64,000 nucleotides of DNA from Gekko japonicus (Eukaryota): contig NW_015170887.1 in assembly GCF_001447785.1 (NCBI RefSeq), positions 1,342,201-1,406,200 on the forward strand. The letters are read 5' to 3'. The notes below the pieces were generated by a model that saw only the letters and a program-made list of their open reading frames with translations, did no database searches and was not told the origin of the DNA. Shown here one piece after another: positions 46,513 to 59,426 of this stretch (position 1 is its first letter; each line of letters starts with the position of its first letter). The position numbers and the translations under genes are program-made.

Positions 46513-47288
46513 GCACATCATATGGCATTTTTGAAGTCCCATTGTTCACGGGGAGCTAACTAGCAATGATATACTTGTGGTTAGACGAGAGAGAGAAATG
46601 GACATTAGGCCTGTTTGACAACATGATCCGCTATGGGAGCTGACTCTTAATCCCAAGAACAGTAGGCTAAAAATAGCAGGGTCTGCATGAATGGCTGGGT
46701 GCTTTTAAGGCAGAGATGCTCTAACACCCTCTGGTTTGGCTTGCATCCTATTTGCGGGAAATGAATGAGGAGCCAGTTTTTCGATGATCAGTTTGACTGT
46801 CCATTGGTTTGTTTGTGATTGTTCAGCAGATTGCTCCAATGTATCCCTTCCTAACCATGCAGTGCAGCACAATCTGCTTTTTGTGCACATGTGTTTTCAC
46901 ACAGCTCGAGTTCAGCTCCCCCACTCCCAACTGAGTTCTACTTCCCCCCCACCCCCGGTCCTTGTTGCATGACTGCTCCTCTCAGCAGGTAATTGTTTAA
47001 ATCACAAATCATAAATCAGTCATAAATAAATGATGTATTTTAATAAAATCTTACTCTTTCCTATTGGTCTAATTAGTCTCGCTAATGAATGCTGATTGCT
47101 TTGAAGTGGCAGCATCTTGGTGCATGTGCAGTTTGGCAGATACCTGATACAAATCTGTTTGGCGGGTGTTCGCAGCTATCTGGCCTGAACCGAATGGACT
47201 GGGCAATTGGCTCATGTCTAATTGACATCTTCGAAAACAGTAAATTCTACCAGTGAACTAATTCATTGTGAAATGCCCAGCATCCCTA

Positions 47289-47395
47289 ATTTGGGGGCAG
47301 TGTGCAGTGTGCAAGTGCACATCTAGTTGACCCTGTATTTTTTCATTTGGGGGCAGTGTGCAGTGTGCAAGTGATCTAGTTGACCCTGTATTTTT
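47289..47395 (+). repeat. Tandem duplication ~55 bp x2
   Basis: atttgggggcagtgtgcagtgtgcaagtg...atctagttgaccctgtatttt occurs twice. Confidence 0.85.
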
Positions 47396-48227
47396 CCCTG
47401 CATTGACGGTCAGTAGAGCCGTGCAGTTTTGCTGATTCCAGGCAGGAAGTGCTGGGTGGAAGCTGACATGAGATGCCACGTGGCTTTATAGGGTGGGCTT
47501 TTACAGACAGAAAGTCTTCTGCCCTGGTGGCAATGCTGCTGGCGTCTCGCACCACACAAGCACTAGCCAGCTGTAACAATCACCTTGTTCCCACACAGTG
47601 GGGAGAACAGGCTATTAGTTGTGCCAGCCAAGGATGTTATTGTCGCTGTAGGTGGGAAACAGTTTCTAAAACTGTATTTTGGAGGAGGTGGGTGCTGTAA
47701 CACTGCAGGGAAGGAAGAAACATTACAAACAAAACACACAGGGACAGTGGTAGGCAGATTACAAACAAAACACACAGTGGTAGGCAGGCAGGAAGTTCCA
47801 AGTGGCCCAGCAAAGAGGCTTTCGATGCCTTGTGAGGTATCACAGTGCTATCCCAGCTATCCTCCCCATACAGGCAAGGAGTGCCACTATTGGGGAACTG
47901 GGCATAGTCTTCAGAACTTCTGTTGAATGTTGCCCTTCTAGTCAACAACTATTCCCCTGCAATAGGAGCACGTGATACGTATGTATGTCACACAACTAGT
48001 TTGTCATGACCCCAGCAAGGGGCTTTCAAGGCAGGTGAGAAGCAGAGGTGGTTTACTCTGCTTCTCTTCCTTGGTGGTCCCCCATCCAAATACTTACCCT
48101 GCTTAGTTTCTGTGATTGGGCTATACCATAATACCATTCCACATCCATGGAGCATGTGCTGGGATGACCGTAATGGTTCAGTCACAGCCCTGCCCTCCTC
48201 CTCTTCCTCCTCTTGTGATCATTTGGA

Positions 48228-48435
48228 GGAACCGTGGCTCATTGGGAGATCCTCTGCTTTGCATGCTGAAGGTCCCAGGTTCAATCCCTGGTATATCCGG
48301 TTACAAAGGACCCAGACAGTAGGTGATGTGAAAGACCTCTGCCTGAGACCCCAGAGAGCTGATCCCAGTCTGATTAGTCAATACTGACCTTGATGGACTG
48401 TTGATCTGATTCTGTATAAAGCAGTATCATGTGTC
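48228..48435 (+). mobile_element. Squam3-like tRNA SINE
   Basis: gtggctcattgg...ggttcaatccctgg...gtgaaagacctctgcctgagaccc. Confidence 0.85.
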
Positions 48436-48477
48436 TGGTGTGATTTCAGTTCTCGGAGGGGGGCTTTCCTTTAGGAG

Positions 48478-48685
48478 AGGGGCTGGGGCTCAGTGGCAGA
48501 ATATCTGCTTGGCACACAGAAGGTCCCAGGTTCCATTCTCTGGCATCTCCAGTTTCAAGGATCAGCTAGCAGGTGATGTGAAAGACCTCTGCCTGAGACT
48601 CTGGAGAGCTGCTGCCAGTCTGAGTAGACAATACTGGCCTAGATGGACTGACGGTCTGATTCAGTATAAGGCAGCTTCATGTGTG
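48478..48685 (+). mobile_element. Squam3-like tRNA SINE
   Basis: ggggctcagtggcaga...gtgaaagacctctgcctgagactc...aaggcagcttcatgtg. Confidence 0.88.
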
Positions 48686-51600
48686 ATTTCATGGTCTGGA
48701 AGAACTAGGGCCATCTTAAGCAGAGTTACATCCTTTGAATTCCACTAAGGTCAATGGGTTTTAGGCGAATGTAACTCTTCTCAGGATCGTACTGCCAGCC
48801 TCCTTCCCCCTTTGGTTCACTGAACCCAGCTGTGAGCAATAATCCATAGTGGAAGTGCCTGACAGATTGCTGCAAGAACTAAGAATACAGGCATGTTCCA
48901 GGAAGGGCTTGGACTTTAACAGAAAGAGCAAGGAAAAGAAAAGTTTCCAGTGCTTTGGGCGATTTCTGGCAAGGAGGGATTGTGAGGAAATGTGGCTTGT
49001 GCATGCACATGTGTTTGCAATTGGGTGTGCATGTGGAAGGCGAAAAGCTGGTTGATCCCTCATCTGTTTGTTGTGCAGTTTTATTGCTCCATCCCCCGAA
49101 ATACCATCAGCTGCAGGGCTAGAGGGATCACAAGTCTGATCCGTAACAGTGATTCTTGGATTCTGGTGCCTTGTGTTCCTTTGAAATGGGGGCGGGGGGA
49201 GTTTGATGACTCTGTGAATGTGTGCACCATATGGCTGCTGTCACTAATGAAGTGGGAGCACTGAAACTTGGACTATGCCAGATAACTTGGCCAGAGTTTC
49301 AAATAACACAGAAATATGGAAGAGATCTGGGTGTCACATTGCAGAAATAAACTTCTAATTTTAGGAACAAATAGAGTTTCAGAAAAGGCAATACAATAAA
49401 GCTTGCAAGTTATAAATAAGGTAGCTTGTTTTAGCACTGCCATGTTAGGACAACATTGCTACAGTTGTGTAATGATCTTTCGGGGGTCTTCAGCTCACTT
49501 CTGGACCCGAAACTAGCTGTTCTTGCATCCTGGGCAGGCCCCCAGTTTGAATGCCACAATATTGCTTTCCTGGGTTGTTGTTTTCTAATAGTCCACACAG
49601 CTGTGTGCCAATTCATCTTACCTCCATGGTGCCTGCCATTAGGGGCGTTGCCACTGCCCACTCCTTTTATTAGCCAGCATGGTTAGTAGTTAGAGTGCTG
49701 GATGAGGATCTGGAAGATCCAGGTGTGTGAATCTCTCCACTTTGCCATGGAAGCTTGCTGGGTGACCCTGGGCCAGCACTCTCTGACTCAGCTTATCCCC
49801 CACCCCGGATTGTTGCAAGGATAAATGGAAGGAGGGGAGAACAATATTGTAAGCCACTTGGGGTCCCCAGTAAATTCTTTTATGAGATGCTTTATTTTGC
49901 TCCAATATACAACGGGCGTCCAAGTAACATCCAGTGGACCAGCAAAACCCCAAAAGACGTTGCATCCCAAAAAGAATGTATCAAGGCAACCTCACAGATG
50001 TGGATGGAATAAAAGTGGGGGGGGGAGTCTGCAAGGACAAATGTGAATGTATCCGGCTCTACAGCATTTTTGGGTCACCTTATTGATGCTAATGTTCTTC
50101 CCAAGACAGCAGGAAAGGTCAAAGCCGTAACAGGTATTTCTGAGAGCGTATAAATCAGACGTGTTCTTTCATGGTAGGTGACTCATTCCTCTTCTGGATT
50201 CCGTCCGAAAGCTTCTCCATAATTTATTTAAGTCAAAGAAACTTTTGAATGTAAGCAAATGAGGAAACAGTTTGGAAAGACACAGAAGCCTGGACAAATC
50301 TCAGCAGGCTTTGAGGATTTGGTTTGCCCTTAATGTTGCAGGGAGCAAGAAGGGCTTGTGTTCCTCTTCTTCCTGCTAGGAGCACCTTGTTGCCAACACT
50401 CCATGCCAAACTGTGTTCCCTTTGCTTTGCAAAGAATACAATTCTTCCAACAAATTGAAATATTGCAAACCTGGTGCATAGAGACGATTTTGAGGTCCAT
50501 GAACAGGTGTTAATGGCATTTTGCATTTTAAACATTTCATCATGGTTAATAATAATCATAGCAAGTATTGGCACCCATTATGTAAAATAGGCACTTTTGC
50601 AAAAATCTGCTTCCTTTTGTGTGATTTTTGGTTTGCTTTCCAGAACTGGATGTTTTTCATTCCATTTCTTGCAGCCCAGGGAGTGTTAGAATGTGGAACT
50701 TTTCAGGACTTTGTTGCTATGTATCAACCCAACAGAAAGAACAGAGAAATACAGGGCAGGGTTTAGATAGCTGACTTTGAGGCCATTTGGCAGCAGCAAC
50801 CCCAGACGGCTTCCGCTGCCAGGCCTGACTGCCCACAAAAGGGGTTTTCTCCACAACATGAGGGCTAGAATAATTCCCTCTTAAAATAAAAAGTAAAGCT
50901 GCAGATCTCAAGAGGTATGTTAGAGCTTTCAAAAGAAATTAAACATGGTAACAGCTACTAAGGCTACAGTCCTGTGCAGACTTACTTGTGAGCAAGTCCC
51001 ATTGAATTCAATGGAATTTACTTCTGAGTAGACCTACTTAGGCTTGCTCCCTAAATAAAGCTGCAAGAGAGGATGCGAGCAGAGGTATAGCGGCTGCAAT
51101 ACCCATTTCTAGATCGCCCCCCAAAGTTGTGCTTTTTGTCTGCTGTGTTCCTTACTCATTGCATGACTTTCTCTGGCTTCTGGGAATGGATCAAGGATGT
51201 TCTCATTCTCCAGATGTCTCTTTGCTGTCCCAGAACACATCACAGCTGAAGAGTGGAGGAAAGCAGTTCAAGGATACAGCCAAAGGCGGCTCCTTGAAAA
51301 CAAGGGGAGATTTTTAACGACTCCCATGCAAATTGGGCACAGACACTGGTGGTGCAGAAGGACACTCTCTAAAAGGACAAATCGTTGATGTTTTAGCAGC
51401 TGGATAGAGATCACTCAGTTCAAGAAAAGGCTCTCAGATGAGCCATCTGGGGTCTGGGGCATGGCTCTGTGAGACTGATGCAGAATATTTACAGTTGGCC
51501 AGAACGGTCGGCAGGTCTCCAACCAATCTGTGGACTTGGCAGCGTGGGGCTTTCATCCTTCTCCTTCTGCTGCAGCCCCCTGGAAATTTGTTCCTGGGCT

Positions 51601-51791
51601 TCGGGGAACTGGCCACCCTTCCACAAACAGAGCTCCTGTTCCATGGAAGGAGCCACTTGGCTGGCTCCCGGGCAGGATTCTTGTTCAGCTGCCGCTTCCC
51701 TCTCCTCTGCTAAAGAGATGCTTTATCAAAGCGGCCTGTGAGTTCACTTTCAGGCACCACCTTCTTCCTTGTCGTGCCACTATGCCCTTGT

Positions 51792-52149
51792 TGTAATGTA
51801 TTGAAACGATTACATGAATCCCCTCATAGGACTCCCATGTTAAGCTTCGAGCCAGGCCAGGGCTCCTCTGAGCGAACTTCCTATTGGTCGCTTCGTAACA
51901 GCGACCAATCAGAACGATACCATTCCCTAGGAGGGAAAGACTCCCATTGGTCCTTAACTACGCAATCTCATTGGTTGTTAATTGTAAATAGGCGTGGCTA
52001 CATTAGCCCTGTTATGTTTAAAAGGAGCATAAGCTCCCACTGTTTGCTGTTCTGGTTTCTTATTGAGTTGAGTGCTTGTTCGTTACTTCCAATAAAGCTG
52101 AATCACTTGCTGAATCACTCTAAGAGTCCTTTGTTAGCGCGATCTAACA
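51792..52149 (+). mobile_element. Solo LTR (358 bp)
   Basis: tgtaatg...tctaaca with exact 5-bp TSD CTTGT. It contains several CCAAT/ATTGG boxes, a TATA-like tttaaaa and AATAAA at ~52091. Confidence 0.88.
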
Positions 52150-52699
52150 CTTGTCAACTGCAGAGAGGAAGATTTTGGATTCTGCTTTTCTCCCCATTTG
52201 GGGACTCAAAGAGGCTTACAAAATAGATGCAAAAATAAAACCTCGACAAACTGTAACGCAGACAGCTTGATGTTCCAGCATCCTGGGCTTGAAGTGGTTG
52301 CTGTAGTTTGGCTTGGTCAGGGCAACAGCTGACAAGCCACCGGCTAAGAGCTTATGGGCCAAGATAGAACCCTTTGGCTTGCACCTCTGGCCGTGCCTAA
52401 ACTCTTGCAGTCATCTCCTTCAGCTGGCTAAAGATCTCGCCGCCTTCCTTTCCCACTAGAAAAGCTTCAGACCACTCCCAGGCTCAGTACCAGTAAAAGC
52501 AGAGCTGCGAAGGCTGGCAGCCATCCTCTCCTGTTACTTCAGCAGGTACAGCTCTCACTGGGAAAGGCTTCAGCTGCAGGGTTTCTCCTCCTCAGAATGC
52601 TGTTTACAGCATGGCATCTCTGCCAGAAGTACAGTCGACAGTCTGTGCTGCATTTTTGTGTTGACTATTGTGAGCGTGTACATCTGATCTTTATGTTTA

Positions 52700-52888
52700 C
52701 CAGCTCCAGGTTGGGAAATTCCTGAAGATTGGGGGTGGGGTCTAGGGAAGGCAGGGATTGAGGAGGGTGGGGACCTCAGCAGGGCACAATGCCATAGAGC
52801 CCACTCTCCAAAGCAGCCATTTTCTCCAGGGGAACTGATCTCTGTCATTTGGTGCTCATTTGCACTTCTGGGAGACCTCCAGGCCCCA
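52700..52888 (-). mobile_element. hAT-type MITE (TAGGGTTGCCA family), interrupted
   Basis: ccagctccaggttgggaaattcc...ccattttctccaggggaactgatc. Confidence 0.75.
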
Positions 52889-53146
52889 TAGGGCTGCCAA
52901 GCCACGGCGGGGGATCCGTGCGTCTTCACAGGATCCCTGCCATGGGGGACAGCGATACGTGTTGCACCGCCGTCGCCAGGATGTGCTGCTATGCATCGCT
53001 CTGGCAACGCGGCTGTTTGGAGTCCCGTTGCCAGAGCGACGCGTAGCATCATATCCTGGCGACGGCGGTGCAACGCGTATCGCCGTCCCCCGCGGCAGGG
53101 ATCCTGTGAAGACGCACGGATCCCCCGCTGCGGCTTGGCAGCCCTA
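52889..53146. mobile_element. CpG-rich foldback MITE with TAGGGCTGCCA termini
   Basis: ~120-bp near-perfect inverted arms running tagggctgccaagcc...ggcttggcagcccta. Confidence 0.85.
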
Positions 53147-53398
53147 NNNNNNNNNNNNNNNNNNNNNNNNNNNNNNNNNNNNNNNNNNNNNNNNNNNNNN
53201 NNNNNNNNNNNNNNNNNNNNNNNNNNNNNNNNNNNNNNNNNNNNNNNNNNNNNNNNNNNNNNNNNNNNNNNNNNNNNNNNNNNNNNNNNNNNNNNNNNNN
53301 NNNNNNNNNNNNNNNNNNNNNNNNNNNNNNNNNNNNNNNNNNNNNNNNNNNNNNNNNNNNNNNNNNNNNNNNNNNNNNNNNNNNNNNNNNNNNNNNNN
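53147..53398. other. Assembly gap (N run)
   Basis: Run of N. Confidence 0.99.
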
Positions 53399-53930
53399 AG
53401 TCCCAATCAAATTCCTAGATCAGGGAGAAAATTCCCGGGCATTCTACATCTAAAGAACATTGGTTACATGAGAAACATGTGACTTCCTGTGAGTAACATA
53501 AACAAACATTTAACCCCAGATATACTGAGTGTTTTCAACTTGTAATACCCAACAATTCCCCTCCACCACAAAAAAAAGGTAATTCCAAAAACGCCATCTG
53601 CATTCTGCCCACCCATATCCAAGCCCTTTGTCCCCAGATGGAACCTGCATGCATCCCATCAGCTCCTCAGTGGCCTGGTTTAAAAGCAGCTCCCACCCAC
53701 CCACCCACCCACCCCGAGCAACTCTGAGCAGTCTCCAGGCCTCGTTTAAACTGTGGCACCACACACTAAAGATCACATCACCTTGGCAGGCTTTGTGCAG
53801 GCACACTCCCTACGCAGGTGCAGCTGCTTCGCGTGAGTCCCAGGACAGTCTACACGAGGCCACGCAAACTGCCTCACCAGCCTCATGTTTAAACTGGGCC
53901 TGGTGAGTGGGCAAGGGAATCAATGAAGAG

Positions 53931-54136
53931 CAGTGTTCCCTCTAAGCTGAGCCAGTGTGAGCTAGCTCACAGTTTTTAAGCCTCTGGCTCACACATTTTC
54001 ATCTTTTCTCAAGAAGGATGGCTCCAGAGCAAACTAATTCATGCAGCAGCCAAATCACTCGCTCACAACTTTAATGCCAGTAACTCACAAAGTAGAATTT
54101 TTGCTCACAAGACTCCACAGCTTAGAGGGAACATTG
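53931..54136. mobile_element. hAT MITE (CAGTGTTCCCTCTAAGCTG family)
   Basis: Same TIRs and body as 29240-29446, with TSD atgaagag/attaagag. Confidence 0.9.
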
Positions 54137-54181
54137 ATTAAGAGTGACCAAAAAGGTGGGAAATATTTTAACACTCTCATG

Positions 54182-54380
54182 CAGAGTTGCCAACTCTAGG
54201 TTGGGAAAGACCTGGAGATTTTGGGGGGTGGAGACTTGGGAGGGACCTCAGCCGGGTAGAATGTCGCAGAGGGCACAGTCCAGAGTGGCCATTTCCTCCA
54301 GAGGGACTGGTCCCTGTAGTCTGGAGATCACTTGGAATGCCAGGAGATCTCCAGGTCCTACCTGGGGGTTGGCAGCCCTT
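54182..54380 (-). mobile_element. hAT-type MITE (TAGGGTTGCCA family)
   Basis: cagagttgcc...ttggcagccctt with TSD ctctcatg/cacccatg. Confidence 0.75.
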
Positions 54381-54959
54381 CACCCATGTAAAGATACTGG
54401 TGAGTGGTGAGTGGTGAGTCACTCAGACTGGTGATTCCTGTTTATGCAAGAACTGAATAAAAGTAGCGTAGGCCGAGCATGAAGTATCATTTTCTCTGTC
54501 CTGCCATAACAAGGAGCAGTTCAATCAAAGGGGAAGGTGGTCAAGTCAGGATTCATTCTCATTCAGAATGTGACCAGCTTCAAAGCATCGGTGTGGATCT
54601 ATGCAGAAACAGCTAAATAGCATCAAATGTAGACAATTGGGCGCAAACTGGTTTTGCCTTCTTAGTCCCGGAGAAAAAGACCCACTTTATTCGCTTTTTG
54701 TTTTAATTTACTTCATTTATATCCCACCTTTCTCCCCAGTGGGGATTCAAGGCAGCCGAAATTGCTCTACTCCATTTTATCCTCACAACAACCCTGTGAG
54801 GCATTTTGAGGGTGAGTGTGCATGACTGTCCCAGAGTCACTCAGCAAACTTCCATGGCAGAATGAAGATCTGCATGTGGGTCTCCCACACTCTAGCCATG
54901 GTGCCACACTGGCTCAACAGAGGCAAATGTGATTCCGCTAGGTACCCTTGAAAGGGAAG

Positions 54960-55235
54960 CATGAGAGCATACATAAGAAAAGCCCTGCAGGTCTAGATCC
55001 TCCTGTTTCATGCAGTGGCCATCCTGTTGCCCTGGAGGGCTAAAGGCCTTCTCCTTATATTGCCTCCTGCCACCAGTATTCAGATGTTTACTGCCTCTGC
55101 ACATGAAACCTCCATTTAGTCATCATGGCTGGTAACCACCAATGGACCTCTCCTCCATGAACCTGTCTAATCTTCTTTTAAAGCTGTCTATGCTCATGAT
55201 GACCACCACTGCATCCATTAGGCAGTGAATTCTGC
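54960..55235 (-). mobile_element. CR1 3' fragment
   Basis: acataagaaaagccctg...tgcctctg...cctctcctccatgaacctgtctaatc, similar to 4497-4800. Confidence 0.7.
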
Positions 55236-56589
55236 AAATACTTCCTTTTGAGTGCTATCTAAAGAGAGTGCAAAAGCTAGTTGACAGACCCCCAACATTG
55301 CATAAAATTTGGTTGTGAGAAACAAGCGAAAATCCTGAAACTTCAGGTCAAGCCATTGAAGCCTGGCAACTCCATCCACTTCTCCTACTTCCAGTGGTGG
55401 CAAGCCACAACACTTCCATAGAAGCATTACAGCCACCAGAGAGCACTCTCTTCTCACAGATACTGTTGCAGCCTTAATCCAGGAATGCACTGTCAAAGAA
55501 AAAAGGCTGTCCCCACCAAAACGCATACACACACACCTCAGACAACCTTTGCTCTCTTAGAAAAAGTTTTCTTAAACCTCTAGAAATTCAGCCAGACAAA
55601 CAGCTTGTGAGCCAAAGAATGAGCTTGAGTCCCTCCGCCCAGTCTGCCCGCAAGGAGGAGCGTGATCTACAAGTCTGGGCTTGAACACAATGACTGTCTT
55701 CCTTCGACCAAGGAGGAGGCTTACACACACACACACACCACAATCCTCTGAGGGATCTCTGGGCACTGCAATTGTTTTAATACTGCAGTACAAGAGAAGC
55801 ACATTTTTCTCTGGGAGGGCCAGAGACAGACATAAACAGAGCCACGGCTCAGATACTGGAAGCTTTCATGTCCTTTTCCATTAAATGGAGCATAGTTGTG
55901 CCACTTCCAAGATGACTTTTAATGCTTTCCTTTGGGCTGCAGGGAAATGCTTCTTCCCCCCCCCCTCACTCCACCTCGCCCAAAGGCCTGCTGTTTATCA
56001 CAGGAGCCAAAACACTGAAACAGGAGAATGTTGCCCTCCCCAGCTGCCCCTAATGCAACTGCTGAAGGGATCAGATATCCAGACAAGTTTGGGCTGTAGC
56101 TGTGATGGGCTTGAACATTAGAATATTAGAAGAAGAGGAGGAGGAATTGGAGGTTTTTTAAGGGGGTGGAAGTATATTTATTGAAGGAATCAGAAGCTGT
56201 GTGAAACGGTGTTCTTAAAAATCTCTCGTACCATGGCTAGAAAAGCATGCTGGGTAGTTTTGTTTTTGTTTCGTTGGTTGGTTTGCTCTTACACTTTCTG
56301 TGGTGCCCTGGCCAGTTGCACAATACCAAACAACCTCACAACTGCAGCAAAAATAAAAAAAAGCATGTAACTTGGGACACTACGAAATCAAGGGGACCTT
56401 AGCAACAGGACAGGCTCTCTCATGCCACAGGGTGTCCTGTCACGAAAAAGGGCTCTTGATCAATCAGTTGCCAGGTGCCCCTCCGGCAACAAGGGCTCAT
56501 AGAGAAGGGATTGCTGAGCTGAGTGGAGCTGGCGCAGGGGCTCATATCCGTAGGGGCAGCTCTTTATATATGCAGGCACCAGACACAGA

Positions 56590-56850
56590 AGGTTTAAAAG
56601 TAAGTCCCAGCATTGTGATCTGTGTCCAGAACCAAAGGGACAGTCAAGGCAGTAGTTTCAGTATTGGCATACTATGAACATAGTGGCTAGCCTCCATTAA
56701 CAGATGGGCCACCATATTCTGTACCAACTGACATCTCTGAGTCACCTTCAAGGGCATCCCCATTTGGAACGTGTTACAGTCATCTAGTGGAGAAGTTACA
56801 GAGGTGTGGATCCCAGTGGCCAGGTGAGAAAGGAAGACAGTTTCCAAATA
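56590..56850 (-). mobile_element. Decayed L2-clade LINE fragment
   Basis: LATGIHTSVTSPLDDCN..MGMPLK...QLVQN matches the L2 HA.VTSRLDYCN...GLP...LQLVQN motif. Confidence 0.75.
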
Positions 56851-57321
56851 ACATCACGATGAAAGGAAACTAACAACAGCTCCAACCTGCTCATCAAGTG
56901 TGAATCAACCTTAAATTGTGGGGTTTGACCTGGGATCTGTAGACCCAAATTTCCCATTAATCCAATTACTCATTGAGTGACTTTGAACAGATCACCATGT
57001 GAAAAAGTGGAAACTGCAATTATCTGTCTCATGGGCAAGAATGGAGCAAGATAGAATGAATGAGAAGACAGGCTAAGAAATGCTACATTGGTTGTAATGC
57101 AATACACAGACCCCCAACACAAACGGCCTTTGTAAAAGTGCTATTTTCTGAATTCCTTTTGAGTGTGGAGTTTCCTGCTCCGGCCTAGTATAACCACTAC
57201 ACAACACTTGCTGTCTAGGGCAAGATATGGTACATGCATTCTTTGGTATTCTTTATTTCCAGCTGTACTTCATTTCCAGCCTGTATTTCAATTCCTGTAG
57301 CTCTAAAATCAAGAGAGTTTA

Positions 57322-57408
57322 TAGAAGGCAACACATTGACACATTTACTGTTTACAATTAATGTAGAAGGCAACACATTGACACATTTACTGTGGACAAT
57401 TAATGTAG
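57322..57408 (+). repeat. Tandem duplication 42 bp x2
   Basis: tagaaggcaacacattgacacatttactgt..acaattaatg occurs twice. Confidence 0.85.
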
Positions 57409-57529
57409 TTGACATCCATGCCTTAGGAAGAACTGAAGTTTAGTGAAAAGATCATCCAAATTCATCTAATTTGGACTATGGAATTGCCTGACACAAGTCT
57501 AAGGTTGTCAACCCTCAGAGGGCAACACC

Positions 57530-57832
57530 GATGATGACGATGAAGAAGAGGAGGAGGAGGAGGAGGAGGAGGAGGAAATTGAATTTCTACCCCACCCTTC
57601 ACAACCCAAGGAGTCTCAGAGCGGCTTACAAACTCCTTTCCCTCCCCACAACAGAACCCTGTGAGGTAGGTGGGGCTGAGAGAGCTCTCTCGAGAACTGC
57701 CCTTGAGAGAACAGCTCTGAAAGAACTCGTGACTGACCCAAGATCACACCAGCAGCTGCATATGGAGGAGTGGGGAATCAAACCTGGTCCTTTCAGATTA
57801 GAGTCTGTGCTCCTAATCACTACACCAGACTG
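57530..57832 (-). mobile_element. tRNA/CORE-type SINE with (GGA)n tail
   Basis: Reverse complement of the 5342 family. Confidence 0.88.
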
Positions 57833-58280
57833 ACAGGTGGAGACTTACCTAAATGGCAGACTGTGATGCTGCAACCGTCACTTCCAGACATGTAACCAGA
57901 ACCACCATGTTGCAGGGCACACGAGGATTTTCCCAAAGCGCTTGGGTAAAAACCATTGAGTTTTAGGGGGATCCTAGAGTATCCCACAACACAGTGATGT
58001 CACTTCCAGTTACACAGCCAGAAGTGACACTGCAGCATTGCAGAACACCATTTCGATGAGACTGTCACCTCCCCCATCTCCTGAAGTGCCAGAAGTGACA
58101 TCATGGCATCACAGGCTGAGATTTCGATCTCCCGTTTTTCTCTTCCTGTCCTATCAAGCAGTGTTGAGAGACCGAGGCCAAGGGTGGGATGTTACCCACC
58201 TAAGTGGGACACCTGCCTGCCCTACACAAATCCCAGCTCCATGAGGTCACTAGGAGTGCAGTCCTAAACAATGACCACGA

Positions 58281-58580
58281 GGGAGTTTGGTGCAGTGGTC
58301 AAGTGCGTGGGCTCTAATCTGGGAGAACCAGGTTTGATTCCCCACTCCTCCACTCGCAGCTGCTGGATGACCTTGGGCAAGCCATAGTTCTGTCAGAGCT
58401 GTTCTCTCAAGAGCAGTCCTCGAAAGAGCTCTCTCAGCCCCACCTACCTCACAGGGTTTCTGTTGTGGGGAGGGGAAGGGAAAGGAGTTTGTAAGCCACT
58501 CTGAGACTCTGAATGAAGGGCAGGATATAAATCCAATCTCCTCCTCCTCCTCCTCCTCCTCCTCCTCTTCTTCTTCTTCC
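58281..58580 (+). mobile_element. tRNA/CORE-type SINE with (TCC)n/(TTC)n tail
   Basis: Same family as 5342-5631. Confidence 0.9.
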
Positions 58581-59151
58581 ATTAACTTCAGTGGACTTGG
58601 AAGGGTGTGACTCTGTTTAGGAGTGCAGTGTAAGAGTGCTTCCAGTGCTTCCTCCGTCCCTCCTCCCCTTTCCTCTTTCTCTTATTTGGAAATATCCCAA
58701 GAACTCCATCCTTCCCAACCATTGGTCCATTAGGAAGTATCTCTGTGAGCTCCCCGGATCCCCTCTCCTTTTTTCCAAGGTCATGGGGGGGATCTTTTTT
58801 CTTTGTAATTCAAGCTTCTGGTCCTGAAATTAATGACAGAATCTGGTTATATAAATAAACCTTCTGCCTGCCCAAGACCACCACTGCCTGATACTTTTTA
58901 TGCATCTTCTTGTTTCTCCCCCCACACACACACACCCTTTTCTTTCTTTTTTCTTGGATTACTACTTTTGCTGATTGGACCATGACAGCAGGTGCTTGGC
59001 TGCCCATCTGCTTGGAACTCGCTTAGACAGACATCTGAAAACCTTGCTTGGTCCTCACGCCCTGCCTTTGCCCCCTGGCCTGCCTTTGTGAGTGCTGTCT
59101 GTTGCACAGTGTGCCAGGGCATTGGGCCCTTGGAAGAGTTGTATATAAACA

Positions 59152-59348
59152 TAGCCCAGGCTAGCCTGATCTCATCAGATCTCAGAAGCTTAAGCAGGGT
59201 CAGCCCTGGTTAGTATTTGGATGGGAGACCACCAAGGAATGCCAAGGCGGCTAGGCTGAGCCAGTCAATGGCAAACCAGCTCCGTCAGTCTTTTGCCTTG
59301 AAAGACCTGTGGGGTTGCCACAAGTCAGCTCTGACTTGACAGCAAAAA
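59152..59348 (+). mobile_element. 5S-rRNA-derived SINE (5S-Sauria-like)
   Basis: gcctgatctcatcagatctcagaagcttaagcagggtcagccctggttagtatttggatgggagaccacc followed by a non-5S body. Confidence 0.85.
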
Positions 59349-59426
59349 GTGGGAGGAGGGGCACTGTAATGTTGAGTGATCATGGTATTCAGTACAATGT
59401 TATCGCGCCCTTCCTTCAAGGAACTC

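Noticed and set aside
51197-51388. Exon-like segment (cccag|aacacatcacagctgaagagtgg...)
   Set aside because: No recognisable homology, no convincing donor site and no partner exons.
59152-59245. 5S rRNA gene (also 4345-4430, 15862-15945 and ~48070-48125)
   Set aside because: Only the internal control region resembles 5S. It is diverged and followed by a SINE body, so these are 5S-derived SINEs.
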